Of a DNA stretch of 61,773 bases, positions 14,190 to 27,554 are shown in pieces. The notes below the pieces were generated by a model. It did no database searches, was not told where the DNA came from, and worked only from the letters and a program-made list of their open reading frames with translations. How positions within the stretch are numbered: position 1 is the first letter of the stretch; every line of letters begins with the position of its first letter. Position numbers and translations under genes: made by a program. Where the stretch lies: the NCBI RefSeq assembly GCF_001194135.2, contig NC_068982.1, positions 2,706,146 to 2,767,918 on the forward strand, given 5' to 3'. The stretch comes from Octopus bimaculoides (Eukaryota).

Positions 14190-14520
14190 AAAAACATTTA
14201 GCAGCTGACGAAATATAAAAAGCGATGACACGTTACGCGACGGAGAAGTTGCCAGGGTTGGAGGGTCGCCCCTATGAACAGGTAATTGACTGTAAATCAG
14301 AGAGCCAATACTAGTAGTATATCCCTTTAGAGATTTGAAAATATGCAGTACAATGAATTTGGCACGTCTTCTGACACCTGATCAAAAGTGCACCAGGCTG
14401 ATCACATCACGGGAAAATCTGACATTGTTTGAGATTGATCCAGCTGATTGCCTTGAACGCTTCCTAACCAAGAATCAGTGTTGCTTTCGTCACCTTGAAT
14501 CAGAGACAAGGAGACAAAGT
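14190..14520 (+). mobile_element. mariner transposase fragment (N-terminal and pre-catalytic region)
   Basis: KICSTMNLARLLTPDQKCTRLITSRENLTLFEIDPADCLERFLTKNQCCFRHLESETRRQS resembles the mariner WVPRLLT...F...I.T.DE.W..H..PETK.QS region; EGRP motif upstream. Confidence 0.85.
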
Positions 14521-14703
14521 TCTATATTTGAGAGATGAGGAATTATATACATTATTTACAGTTGACAGATATTTGTCTTCATCTTGTTTGTTGTTGGCAC
14601 AACGTTTCGGCTGATGTACCCGCCTGAGGAAATTTCGAACATGGGTTCTCATTCCTAAGATATTTTCCGATGTTGTTGTTGTTGTTATTATTATTATTAT
14701 TAT

Positions 14704-14750
<47 letters not shown>

Positions 14751-14760
14751 TTCAGGTCAC
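14521..14760 (-). mobile_element. Partial interspersed repeat with compound (GTT)(ATT)(AGT) tract and a hammerhead half-site
   Basis: Minus strand reads ...tcagccGAAACGTTgtg (GAAA plus palindromic AACGTT) but has no CTGANGA. Family assignment is from recall only. Confidence 0.35.
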
Positions 14761-16684
14761 TTTTCTCATCTATTGCACATCCTCGCCCCGTTGACAGGCA
14801 CCTGATAATTAAAAGGGGGTTAACAGTTACGGTATGTAAATTAGTAGCCCCGATTTTCTGTAGCGACTGTAGTTGAGTATATAAACCGATTGGTTGTTTG
14901 TTTATCTGAAATTGGTGAAATTGACGACGACGCGTTTAATGTGAACCTAATAAGGTTTGATAATCGATTAAGGTTGTTAAACATTTTTTTTTAAATCTAC
15001 AGAGAAAGAAGCTAAATTAACCCTGTTTGTAAATCTACTATATAGGTCACAAACGTTAGATAACGTTATTTATGGAAGTCTTTTAAAGGTATTCACGTTT
15101 AATAGTATCATCGATTAAGTCGCGTATGTTCGAGTGTATAGGTATGGCTAGTTTTCTTAATGATCGTTGTCAGTCATGTAAACTGGCCTCTATATAATCA
15201 ATACATTTTTGTACGTTTATTGTACTTAAAAATATAGCAAATTTTATATAGCTTTCACGTTTTATAAATAATATCATTAACTAGTGTGATGAAACGAACC
15301 GATCGATATTTTCCCAATATATACCAATTATAGCATAAATTTTAACAACAGCGATTACATCCTGTTGCATTTGTTGGAATAATTCAAATTTCATCTTATT
15401 ATATTATAGCTACTAACTTCTGTCAATATATATATGATAACATACGCATCGAAACCTAAATATACGTTCTGATATGTTACTTTATTATTTGTTTTCTTTT
15501 TTGTTTTGTTTTTTACTATACTAAATATTTTGAAATATCTTCCTTTTCTAATTGCTTCTCAGAGCGCTCTTAAACATATTCAATCTACATGAAGACCAGA
15601 TTATCACGGACACCGAAACAGCTATATAAGTATCATTTGGGACTTCTTTGCGGGTTAGTAATTCTGTCTGCACTTCCTTCAACCAGATCAATCACTCATG
15701 CTATTTGCAAGCTTTCTTATATATTATATATTTGAAAGTTCTTTTGAAGATATACAAAATTAGCATCTTTCGTATACTGAATTAACCTGTCTTCTTTGAA
15801 TTATTATCTTTCTGTTTTCCAGAAATCACTTTCAACATTTTGCATTAAATCGAACGACGCATGTGACCTAGCACTGAACACCCTTTAGAATTTACATTTC
15901 TAATAATTTCATTACATTCTGTATTGGCTGTACATTTATTTTTGATTTAAAATATTTATTATCCAGATTTACAATGTTTAATCCTAAATCATGCATTTGT
16001 AATGCATAACATTTAATTTTATACTGGTCATACAACGTTCAACCTGTGTTCTGTTATGAGCAGTGTTTCACAAAACCTCTTAAATATGAAAAGGGCTTTG
16101 AAATACCTTTCAATTCGTTCGCTAAAATTTTAAAACAACAACGGCATAGCTGTTATTGTGTCTACACGTATACCATGTATAATATTCAGAGGTACACTGA
16201 TTTCTATTTCACCTCACTCATTTTGTGGTGTCTCGCACGAGATTTTCTAATGGTTTTAGAAAAGTATGTGGGGCATATATATGAATTATGTGGCAACAAA
16301 ACTCAATTAACTCTGAGAAATAATAGATCACGTGATTTTTACTGTTGCTGATGCTTCTAAATATTATTTACTATTTAACATTGCTGGAGCTTGCAGCCAT
16401 TTCTATCTCTGCAGTCATCTAACAACAGCAGTTTAAATACAGCACTGACTGTAATAAATAAATGATAAAATAGATGTGACTTACATTTATTAGGGAGAAA
16501 TCAGTTATGGTTTGATATACAGAGATATACTCTTGTTTTTCAAGTTCTTCTTGAGAATATAACTGCCTGAATATAACAGCGATAAAACCGACCTAAATAG
16601 ATTCTTTTCTTGAAATTGAACGTAGTTTTGGAATAAACAGAACGGAGGTAGTTAGACTATAGTGATTTCAAAATTTGGCACAAG

Positions 16685-16850
16685 AACAGCACTTTCGTGG
16701 GAGGTGGTAAGTCGATTACATCAGCTCCACTGCTCAATAAGGACTTATATAACTGACAACAGAAGGATGAAAGAAAAGTTCAACCTCGGTGGACGAAATG
16801 CTGCTAAGCATCTTTTCCCTGGTGCTAACGATTCTGCGAGCTTGCCGCCT
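16685..16850 (-). mobile_element. SINE family 2 copy with internal deletion
   Basis: Reverse complement aggcggcaagctcgcagaatcgttagcacc...gatgtaatcgacttaccacctccc. Confidence 0.8.
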
Positions 16851-17733
16851 CAGTTGTTAACCTGTATTGGCGATAAATTTTCTGCCGACGATTCTCTACT
16901 TACAAATAATCATTAATGTAATAATCTCTTCGAATGATGAGATAAAGATGGTTATTATTAGGTACGTATCTCTTTTCTGGTCACGTAGAGCGGTAACAGA
17001 GATCGCTTTTCATCATTCAGAGTGATTGATGAAATGCACGACTCGGAGTCATTGGCTGACTACATGACGCTAATCCCTTCTAACAACTGACGTTTATATT
17101 ATAATACATCGTAAGAAGAAGCGGTTACTATTTGGTGAGATGAGAGGTTGAAATGGATTTAGCTGCTGATAGACATGTAATTAGTTTGTGTAACAGTACA
17201 GAAAAATAGAAACACAACACGTAGACGTCTACAGGTGTGGATTGCTGGTAACGTTTGATAATATTTTCACATCGAAAATCAATGTGTTCCAGGATCTTTG
17301 TATGTATGCGTTTATGCTTCGAAGATTCACGTATTCAGATGCAGCAGTAACACTAATATATTAAAATACGATACAATTCTATCACACGAGTGAAAAGGAA
17401 ACTTTGGAATAACTGGTTTTGGACGTTATTCATACGTCCTTGGCAAAAGATTTACAGCTAATTATAATCTTTTGATAATATATGTGCATATAAAAAAAAT
17501 ATTTGGAACGAAAGGAGGCATGTGTGAAATTATCTAAGAACCTTGTAAGAAATCTAATAAATCATAGCTAAGATGATTTTCTCGAGGGCTTATGGCAAAA
17601 CTTCTAATAGTTTTGAACCCGACGACCAACAGCTCAGATCTAATCAAGATAATGCAGTCAGACATTTTGTTTTGTACGTGCTTTTTCTTCCAATGAAAGA
17701 TAGTTTTTCATTGGAATATCACAACTTTTTATA

Positions 17734-17904
17734 GGCGCAGGAGTGGCTGTGTGGTAGGTAGCTTGCTTACCAACCACATGGTTCCGGGTTCAGTCCCACT
17801 GCGTGGCATCTTGGGCAAATGTCTTCTACTATAGCCTCGGGCCGGCCAACGTCTTGTGAGTCGATTTGGTAGACGGAAACTGAAAGAAGCCCGCCGTATA
17901 TATG

Positions 17905-17958
<54 letters not shown>

Positions 17959-18160
17959 AGTGTCTGTGTTTGTCCCCCCTAGCATTGCTTGACAACCGAT
18001 GCTGTTGTGTTTATGTCCCGTCACTTAGCGGTTTGGCAAAAGAGACCGACAGAATAAGTACTAGGCTTACAAATAATAAGTCCTGGGGTCGATTTGTTCG
18101 ACTAAAGGTGGTGCTCCAGCATGACCGCAGTCAAATGACTGAAACAAGTAAAAGAGTAAA
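17734..18160 (+). mobile_element. SINE family 1, near full length, with internal (TA)n(TG)n tract
   Basis: A-box-like tggctgtgtgg, B-box-like ggttcagtccc (17787-17797), CORE-like catcttgggcaaatgtc, microsatellite, then 3' domain ending gactgaaacaagtaaaagag. Confidence 0.92.
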
Positions 18161-18856
18161 TAATTATAAAAGTTAATCCTGATATGTAAATCTTTCAGAT
18201 CTTTATGCATCTGAAAGATTTACAATCTGCCATTCAAACATATACACATAGTGTCACAAAAGGTTTGAAGAAATATATTATCTTGTATCTTCAGAACTGC
18301 GTCATCTATTGCAATCATGCATATGCATTAAATATTCCTCATATGTCGTAGTATTTCATTATCTGGAACACCACAAATTCCAGTTTGTACAACAGTTTAA
18401 CAAGAATAGCTTTAGGCACGCATGTTATATACATTAAAGGCTAATAAATCCAGCGCTACATTGATACATTTAAAGGATTCCGGAAATCCCAGTAACGCAC
18501 AATGTGAACGTCTTTGACTGCAAGTGAAACAAAGTTTTTATTGTAACAATAACAATTCGGAGAATGTCTTGTCTTCAAACTGAGGACAGATACGGAGTAA
18601 GTTTCAATTAAACTGACAAAAGCTACAAAAAGATGAAGAAATACACTGACAAAGACAAAAGAGAGAACATAAAACACAGCAGTAGTGTATGTATGTTGTT
18701 CATTCGAGCGACCAAAAGAACACTCATGAATATAGACCAATTCTTATATATGTATATGAAGTATTTCATAGAAATATAGACTCCATAGAAACTTAAATAG
18801 CTTCGAAATCCCGTACTTTAAGATTGCCAAAATGAGATATACATCTATATAAGCGA

Positions 18857-19015
18857 AGGCGCGGTTATGTTGTGAGAAGATTGCTTCCCGACTATATGGT
18901 TCCGGATTCAGTACCACTACATGGCACCATCGGTAAGTGTCCTCTACTATAACCTCGGGCCGACCAAAGACAGGTGAGTGGATTTCGTAGACCGAAACTG
19001 AAACTGAAAGTCTGT
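18857..19015 (+). mobile_element. SINE family 1, 5' half
   Basis: Aligns to 17734-17890. Confidence 0.88.
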
Positions 19016-19149
19016 TAATAGTCATTAACAAAACATGTCCTCATAATTGTGCTCCTGATCTATAACTGGGCAACCATGACATACCGAGGAAATCGCACAG
19101 CAGTGTTGACAGACACTTAGATATACGGACGTCGGCAAAAGAGGTAAAT

Positions 19150-19750
19150 TCCTACAGCCTGTGTCCAGCAGTGTTGCAACGTAGCCTTGATTCAAAATAG
19201 AGGGAACTGAGTCGTTGAACGTGGACAACTTCAGGTATTTATAGAGTGTTATCTTTCTGGAGTAGACACCTGAAAAGTACAGCGAAGATCCAGAAAATTA
19301 CTCAGGTATTGTAAGAGTCCATATACAAAGTATTTCAGCTAAAGGGTCTTTAGGGCTCCAAAAGTTCACAATACTGTTGAACCGTCATCGCTTTTGACTC
19401 GTTGCGAACCGATGGGAACAGTAAAGCCAAATGCTGCAGGGCACTGTTTGCATCAATTCCATCATTGAAAGATAAAACTTCAATTACTGCCTCCTCCCAA
19501 GAATACTGCTGCATTCCGCACACGATGACACATCTTCGCTAAGATACAGCAAAATAGACCATAAAACTCATGTAACCAGACATGCTGCCAACAGACACAA
19601 CACACGAGACTCATTCGTTACCAGATAACATAATAGGCCAGAAATTCGAGAATTGTATGTTCAACTTACAAGGCGATACCATAACAAGCTTCTCACTTAA
19701 AACATCAGCACCAGCCTCGCCTGTTTGTAGTACAGAGAGGGTATAGTTTA
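19150..19750 (+). mobile_element. Decayed RTE-clade LINE RT C-terminal fragment
   Basis: Manual translation with stops gives NVDNFRYL*SVI, LHQFHH and RPEIRELYVQL, matching RTE motifs V..F.YLGS, L..FH and RLPK..LYGEL. Confidence 0.55.
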
Positions 19751-21167
19751 ACGCATCTGAGCATAAAAAATTCAACATCGATATTTTCATAGATATTTTC
19801 AACACTGTAATCACTTAACTGGATTAGAATCTTTCTGATAAACACCTGTCCTTTCCCACCCGCCAAGATACCAGGACCGTATAAAACATTGTCTCTACCT
19901 CTCTTGTGTCTTCTTCACTGACCTCAACGCACCATATCAATATGTTAGCTTCAATTATTTTGAAATAAAAAAAATTATTATTCACAAATGTTTTTCTATA
20001 AATATTTGTTGCTGATTTTACTGATAAATCGAATTCCACTTGTGACGAGTCTCTCTTTTTTAAGACGCATATTGAAGAATATTTGATTTATTTAATACAT
20101 ATATCGAATGTTTGCCTTCAGGATATACTCTGTCATGGATTTAATCATCTGTTTCTTAATTTGTTGACTGTAATACGGGTTGATGAAAGGAAATGTCAAA
20201 CTTGATGAGCTTTGAACTTAAAACAAATGCATTCTGATCAATTATGAAGCCTTTATAACCATTCAAAAATGCATAAATGCTAGTTTTCTTTTTCACAATT
20301 TATTATTTGAACAACAACCATGCATAAACGTAATAAAGAAACTGATATTCAGATATGTATGTCATAACTCTACTAGCTTAACGCCTGAACTATATATTAT
20401 GATTTAATACTATTTCTTACAGATTGTGGGTTTGGTAACGTCAAATATTACTGAAGTTCTCCACGGTATTTTTATTGTCTCACTCACTAACCTCATATAT
20501 CTGGCAGTAATGTATGTGGTGAAAAATATATCTATCTAAGTATGAAGGATGAACTTGTCAAATATGAACATCCGTTCGCTTTATAAGCTCCACGTTAAGC
20601 GCACATCTTAGAAAACCGAAAGAAGATTCTTGTTTCCGAGATTTTAAATAATTGCTAATGGTTTTTGCTTTTATCTCTTTGGCAGAAGTTAAAGAAGTAC
20701 ACGACATGCTACAAGGCGTCCAAAACTGAAAGCAAGGAGAGAGGGAAGTATTGCCAGGATGGAATGTGATCCGAATGCTTGGAACTGAAGGAACTTGCTC
20801 AAGTCTCCAAAGATTACAGGTTGTGGCGTTAAACTGGGGAACGGGATAAGTCCACCACTCAAGGAGACCATAGCAGAAGAAATCAAAGACCAAACGCTAC
20901 AAAGCATACGCATTAACATTTTTACAACTCCGCCAAAATACCCGCTTGCATTGCTACTTTTTTCTCAACTGCTAACATATGAGTATAAAAGTTGACCCAG
21001 AACGGATTTGAACTTAGAATAATAGTAACTAGAACATACACCCCGAAGCATTGTGTCAGACGCTCGAATTTATCTAAGATGGTAATGAATGAATCTCTAT
21101 GAGATTTCAACAAAATATTTTTGTAAACACCTCACAGATTTAATTCTTAATATAAATATAAAGGTTA

Positions 21168-21360
21168 GGGCAGCGAGCTAGCAGAATCTTTAGCACGCCG
21201 GACAAAATGCTTTGCGTTATTTCGTCTGTCTTTACGTTCTGAGTTCAAACCCCGCCGAGGTCGACTTTGCTTTTCATCCTTTCAGGGTCGATAAATTAAG
21301 TACTAGTTGCGTAGTGGGGTTGATCTAATCGACTGGTCTTCTCCCCAGAAATTTCGGGCT
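21168..21360 (+). mobile_element. SINE family 2
   Basis: Aligns end to end with 23590-23800. Confidence 0.9.
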
Positions 21361-21384
21361 TTGTAAATAGAACAGAAAGTAATC

Positions 21385-21560
21385 TTTAGAACGCCGGACA
21401 AAATGCTTAGAGTCGTTTCGTTCGTCTTTATGTTCTGAGTTCAAATTCAGCCGAGGTCGACATTTCCATTCATCTTTTCGGGATCAATAAAATAAGTACC
21501 AGTTAAGCACTGGAGTCGATGTATTCGACTTACCCCTCCCCACAACCCTGTTGGCCTCGT
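21385..21560 (+). mobile_element. SINE family 2, second head-to-tail copy lacking the extreme 5' end
   Basis: acgccggacaaaatgcttagag...gagttcaaattcagccgaggtcgac...aagtaccag repeats the preceding copy. Confidence 0.88.
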
Positions 21561-23310
21561 GTAAGAATAATATTTTAACAAATAAAGGTTTCTATATGAA
21601 CATGAACGAAACATAATGATCTAAGATAACTGGAAGTGTCACTATACCATTTTCTTGTTCCTTGTTGAGATCGCTCAAAGAGAACAAGGTAAGTCTCAAC
21701 CATAAAATTGAAAGTTCTCATCAATCTTGCCAGGACAAAAATTAATACCATTACTATATCGTCAACATACGTCACTGATAAATCATCTCTCTTTAACACA
21801 CATATTTTTTTTTAATATTCCAATCAATATGTTCTGTTTTGAAATCATTGAAATTGCAGTGATGTAAATTAATATATTCTAATAATTTATCACATAGATA
21901 TATCGTTGTTGATATTAAAAAATCGCTTAAGTTTTGTTTATAATAAAGTTTGTTTTATTTAAAATACATTTTTTCCCCCTTTAGGAATACGTTTTCGGCA
22001 ATTTTTCCTTCTGCTTTTTTAAATGCTACCTTTTTGTTTGTGTCATTTGGCTAAAGCTAATATTACTGAATCTGAATACGCTAGGGAAATTAAACTGCCA
22101 GCTGAATATTTAAAATAAAAATGGAAAAAAAATGCTTTATTTCTGCTTTAATGACAATATTGACATATTTATTGATGAGCTGAGTGAAGATTTTACATTA
22201 TTCTACAGCAATATAAAATTCGTCAAGCAATATATTTTAAATTAGATGTTTGTCACTGACTAAATTATATAAGCTGAGCGCAGCATCAGAAGTTTGAAGT
22301 TTCACTATATCATTTTAGAAAGCATGTCGGAGATAATGCCGGGTTAAATGACTACAGTCATTTTATATTTGTTTCTAATTTTACACCAACTTCTTTATTT
22401 TTCAGGTATTTTTTTCGGTGTCTTTTAGAAAAGAGAAATATGATCGAGAGAAAAAGACAGTGAGGGTGTGCGAGGGATGCAGAGACCATAACAAAAAAAG
22501 TAAATGAGTGAAATGAATAAAACATCTAATTGAGAAAGATGAAATAGTCATTAAGAAAAGAGTTGGCAGTGAAGGCAACGGTGCTAGCGTGAGGTTGACG
22601 GTTACGATAGCTACAGAAAGATCATACACAATTATACTACTATACAACGTATGTAATTTTAGACTGACAAAACTGCAAATTAGCCAACCCGATATCGTGT
22701 CTTTCAAATCTGAACTACACATGACCTTTGAACTTTAGAAAATAATCCGCCCTAATAAGATGGACGTATGCTTTTGAATTCAGAAAAGATTAATAACGTA
22801 TTTTATGAATGATAATTCATTAAGGGAGATTAAATACAAATAGTTGTGTTTCCGATAAGATATACAATGCCTGCGAATAAAATGAAAAAGAAGGAAGCTC
22901 ACATGCAGGGACCGAAATGGACATTGTGCAAAACCGAACAAAAAGTATCCATTAGTGTAACATGCAATTTCACTGCAACTGAATATTAACCTTTAGGAAA
23001 TTACACATAATTTAATCAGCAGACACCATAGAAATAGTAACTCAGTATGCAGAAAGTTAAAGTTTTTCTTTTTCCTGGCACTGTACTATTCAAAATTATA
23101 CCTTATACTTCTTCATACAACACTGTGAAATAAAACAAGAATCGATTTAAAAAACAAGTTTAAATAACAGAATTAGCTTATGAACAAAGTTACATTACAG
23201 CAGAAATCTTTCAGTGAATATGCACCAACCGTCCTCATACATTTATCTATTTTCGAAAAGATAAATCTAACAAGTTAACACTATCTAACTTTAGTGAATT
23301 TTTATATTCG

Positions 23311-23580
23311 TGAAGGCGCGTGGATCAGCGATCAGCGATCAGCGATCAGCGATTAGGGTATTCGGCTTTTAAGGCGTGAGATCTTGCGTTCGATTGTTGG
23401 CGGCGCATTGTGTCCTTGTGCGATACAATTTATTTCATGTTGCACCAATCCACTCAGTTGGCAGGAAATGAGTGAAAAGCTGTTCTCCGACAGAACCACC
23501 TAGTCACATTCTCTGTGACAAAGAATCTTCCTCCGAACTACGTATAGGATACGTGTCTGTGGAGAGCATGTTAATTTCAG
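23311..23580 (+). mobile_element. SINE family 3 (body type a) with (ATCAGCG)x4 expansion in the head
   Basis: tgaaggcgcgtgg head, ttgtgtccttgtgcgatacaatttatttc CORE-like block, body similar to 36400-36520. Confidence 0.85.
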
Positions 23581-23589
23581 GAGGAGCAA

Positions 23590-23810
23590 GGCGGCGAGCT
23601 GGCAGAATCGTTAGCACACCGGGCGAAATGCTTAACGGTATTTCGTCTGTCTTTCCGTTCTGAGTTCAAATTCCGCCGAGATCGACTGTGCCTCTTATCC
23701 TTTCGGGGTCGATGAATTAAGTACCAGTGCGTACTGGGATCGATGTAATCGACTGCTCCCCCCCCCCAAAAAAAAAAATTCGGGCCTTGAGCCTAGAGTA
23801 GAAAAGAATT
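23590..23810 (+). mobile_element. SINE family 2, near full length
   Basis: ggcggcgagctggcagaatcgttagc...gagttcaaattccgccgag...gatgtaatcgact. Confidence 0.92.
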
Positions 23811-24435
23811 TCGGGAAGAGCACTTTGTTTCGTTGATCCAGTCAATTGGAACACAATTCATCGAAAGCAACCAATTGCCATTGTTGAGAAACATTAAATA
23901 CAAATGTGTTAAAGCATTATACGGAAAGAAATTTTGCTACAGGAATAGATGTATCTTAATTTGCTCTTTTATCCTATTAAATGCTGAAGCTCAAAGCGCA
24001 GCAATGTTGAAGTCTGAAAAAACAAAACATTCTAGGTAGGAAATTATGTGTATATAGCGGATATGCACCCTTCTCGTATAATACCCGTTTCAATTAAAAT
24101 GTAGTTTAATAAAAACCTCATAATAGGAGACAGTATATTAAACGAAATTTAGTTTTGAATTTGTCATGAATAAACGATTTTGAATGAAATGTGAATTTCA
24201 GAAGGGGCGATATCGAGAACTACTCAAAATGCCTATGTGCGACCAGGGGGGAAAAAAATCAAGTTTTATATGAATACATGTATACCTATCCTCCTCAGTG
24301 TGTCTTACTCGTTACGACTGCAAAAATTCTTACTTATGAATAACAGAATGTTTTAGAAGTGATATCAAATCATTGCAAAATTATGTGTAACGTAGATCGA
24401 TAGAATATCTTGTAATTAATGCATCATGTTAATTA

Positions 24436-25657
24436 CACTAACCAACACATTTCATGTTTTCTGGGGGGGGGGGTTCGTTACAGACAATACTGATTCCTAC
24501 CAAATTGCCAATGCTAATTTCAAATCTGATATCTAAATTTCCCTATCACATCCAGATTTTGTGTAACCGAAAACCCCTATTTTTCATCTTTTTTTTCTCA
24601 CCCACTTCTATTACGAATGTCGTCCCATATACTTTTCCGTGCTACCTTTTTATGTTAAGCATACTTAACTTATTAGTGAACAGTGACGAAGATTTTTCAT
24701 TGCCGTTGTACAGTAATAAAGCTATGAGGCTAGCTTTACAAGAATGAATGAGCAGTCTCCATTCTTTTGGATCAGAGCGAAATCCAATCCTTTTCATTAC
24801 TGATATCGTGGCAGAAACAAAGGTTTTCCTCCTGCAAGTAAAATGGTGAAAACTGCAAATGGCGATGGCAGAAATGAGAAAATTTGGTGTTTGGCTGGAG
24901 AAAATTCTATTTTTGAAGTCTGGAACCAAGCAGCTCTGCTTTATCTTTTGGTAATTCCAAATCGCGCGCTGTCTTTTATCTCCGCTTGACTTAATAGAAG
25001 TGAGGAACCGGTGGCATCTGGAACATTCACTCCATCTTCCGGTGGACCGCTGCCTGTTGTTGTTGCTGGTGGAATTGGCGGTGGATGTGTTCTAATGCTG
25101 GTTCGCAGTTTGGTTTCATGACTTTTGATTTGTTTTTCTTTGTGAAACCAGTAATCTTTATGAAACAAAAATAACAATCATTGACCGGATTTTTCTGCTG
25201 ACACAAAACCATGAGGATTAACACTGGCATAGCTCTTCTTTTACCATTCATTCAAGCTATTAACATTGCATTGAGATGTTCACAGCCAAAATATGGTACC
25301 CATTCCCTCTTTTGCTTTCCTAACTTACAGTCAAAATGCTCCTTGTAGGCAATTAAAATTTTTGTTGTTAAGTTTCAGCATTGTCTTGTATTGTCCACAG
25401 AATTGGATGGTTTACGCAAACATGTCTATTTAGTTGCATTGTAATTACCAGAAAATATCTGAGAGAAAAAGACGAAGAGATTAATAATTACGATGTATGA
25501 AAATAAAAAGGAAATACACACCGAATTACAAAACATATGCTAATAAAAACACCGCAATATATTACTTGTTTATTAACAGTGAATTTCAGAATCCGCTCTC
25601 CTTGACTGTCAAGTAGGGACTGAATCATCGGGCCGTTACTATGTTCTTTACACAGTA
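24436..25657 (-). mobile_element. Internally deleted DNA transposon with transposase remnant (Chapaev3-like, CMC superfamily, inferred)
   Basis: Frameshifted minus-strand ORFs: KEHFDCKLGKQKREWVP, MNGKRRAMPV, NDCYFCF, SQAEIKDSARFGITK, DPKEWRLLIHSCKASLIALLLYNGNEKSS. Termini approximate (CACT-like at 24436, TACTG at 25657). Confidence 0.65.
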
Positions 25658-26490
25658 TTACCAACTCGGAATAAATTTTATAGATCAAAATCGTCAGAAT
25701 TTGTATATAGTTGGCAAAAGTTGATTTAACCTTGAAAAGCAAGTTTTATATTACCGGCATTAAGCCGATTATAACCAAAATCTGGACGTGGAAGGAAATT
25801 TTACTAAATCATTTGTATTTTACACAAAATTTAGACGGGGTTGAAAATGTTTAATTATAAATTTACAATCAGCATAATTAAATTAGCTAGGAACACGTAT
25901 TTAGTCTTCTGTAACAAAATCTTTGATGCCTAGAGTTATATTGAGACGAAATCTGTTTAATTTGATATCAATGCAAGTACAATCACTTTTAGAATATTGA
26001 TACATAAGAACTTAATATAAATGATTCAATGAATAAATTTACTTTCGTCGTTTTAAACATTTCGCATACTTTATTAAAATATGTAGAAAACTGAGAATAT
26101 AAGGTTTCACTGCTGACCGCAAAATTAATGTTATTGGAATATTGATCTGCACAATGTTGATTATATACGCGGCGAATCACCGTTTAGCTATTGCTAATTT
26201 TTATACATAAAAATACTTAGATAGAGGATGAGAAGAATCGATTGTATACTTTCCAAACCATTTTATTCCTTCCCTTCAATTACATCTCGATCTCTAATGC
26301 CACCAGTGTGGGAACATGTTAAATGTATAACATTTATAAAATAAAGCAACATGAAAATGAGGATAAGATTTTCAACGTAAATTAGGAGTAGCTCTTAGTG
26401 GCATTCTTGTATTTCATCTCTTCGTCTTCGTTATGAATTCGGCAATATCTATAGTCTTGTAACTAGAAGAAGAAAGATAATCTGTTATTA

Positions 26491-26718
26491 TTGGGTTGTC
26501 CGGAAAGTTCGTACCGATTTATATTAGCTTACCTTTCGGTTTATTTACCATGAAACCACCTTAATTCTGGGAAGAGGGTATTTTCAACTTAAAGGGAAGA
26601 TGGAGACGCATTGTGCAACAAAATTATTCACATTTGGTTGATTAAAAATGTAATGGCAAGTATTTAATGACATGTTTCTTTCCTTTAAAAATCGGCACGC
26701 ACTTTTCGGACAACCCAA
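26491..26718 (+). mobile_element. mariner-derived MITE / deletion derivative
   Basis: 30-bp TIRs ttgggttgtccggaaagttcgtaccgattt / aaatcggcacgcacttttcggacaacccaa (3 mismatches), TA on both sides; retains transposase C-terminus FWEEGIFNLKGRWRRIVQQN. Confidence 0.92.
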
Positions 26719-27554
26719 TAGTTAGCTAAACGTTAGATTCCGTAAGTTACTTTTATACGAATACAGTGCAGATATGGCATCGAACAGTCAAATATTTCGA
26801 AATATAGCCGTGATGAAAACTGTACTCTGTCAGTTGTTTCCAATAATAAAAGAGTTTATGTGTTGGTCATTCGCATGTAGATCAATTCCACCCTCTGCAA
26901 TTTCTAAGATTTATGAAATCAAAGTTATATGTAACAGCAATAGTATGTACCGTTTTAAACATTTACTGGATCAGAATATTGAAAATATAATTTATAATTA
27001 AAATCCCAATGCAAACATTGCACTATTTTCATTGTGAACAGGCACGCAAAAATAGCTAATTTACATTGTTTTCTTTGTACAGCCATTAAAAATATTGTCA
27101 ACAATAAACAGAACTCTTTAACAAAGAAACGAAACAAATCATATTGAAAATCATTGTTTACTTTTATTTGTAATTGCAGCGATTGGCATGCTGTTCACAG
27201 TTCACGTTGTCTTTTGTGTGATGTTTAGAAAACTATATCAATTGATTTAGAACCGTCTCAATTGGCAACAGAAATACAATATTATAGCAAAAGAAGATGG
27301 AAGAATAAATGGAGATTGGAAGAATTAAGAGCATTTCTTACATCTTGTATCATTTTGCTATTTTGTAGTTCAAACATCAAGGGCCCTGAAGCCGAATGGA
27401 TATACATGAGTCTGTGGTTAAAATATCCACTTTGCAGCTATGTAGTATTAGGCCGGATCCCAATTCGCAGGAATCTGGGCAAGTATATTGTGTTGTTGCA
27501 ACCTGTCTAAAGATGTTGAATTATATATATATATGTATATATATATACATATAA

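Noticed and set aside
17734-17810. tRNA-like sequences at SINE heads
   Set aside because: A/B-box remnants of SINEs without an intact cloverleaf; not tRNA genes.
20688-20960. Strong-looking plus-strand splice acceptor (ttttatctctttggcag) and GC-raised sequence
   Set aside because: All three frames hit stops before a convincing donor; no recognisable protein.
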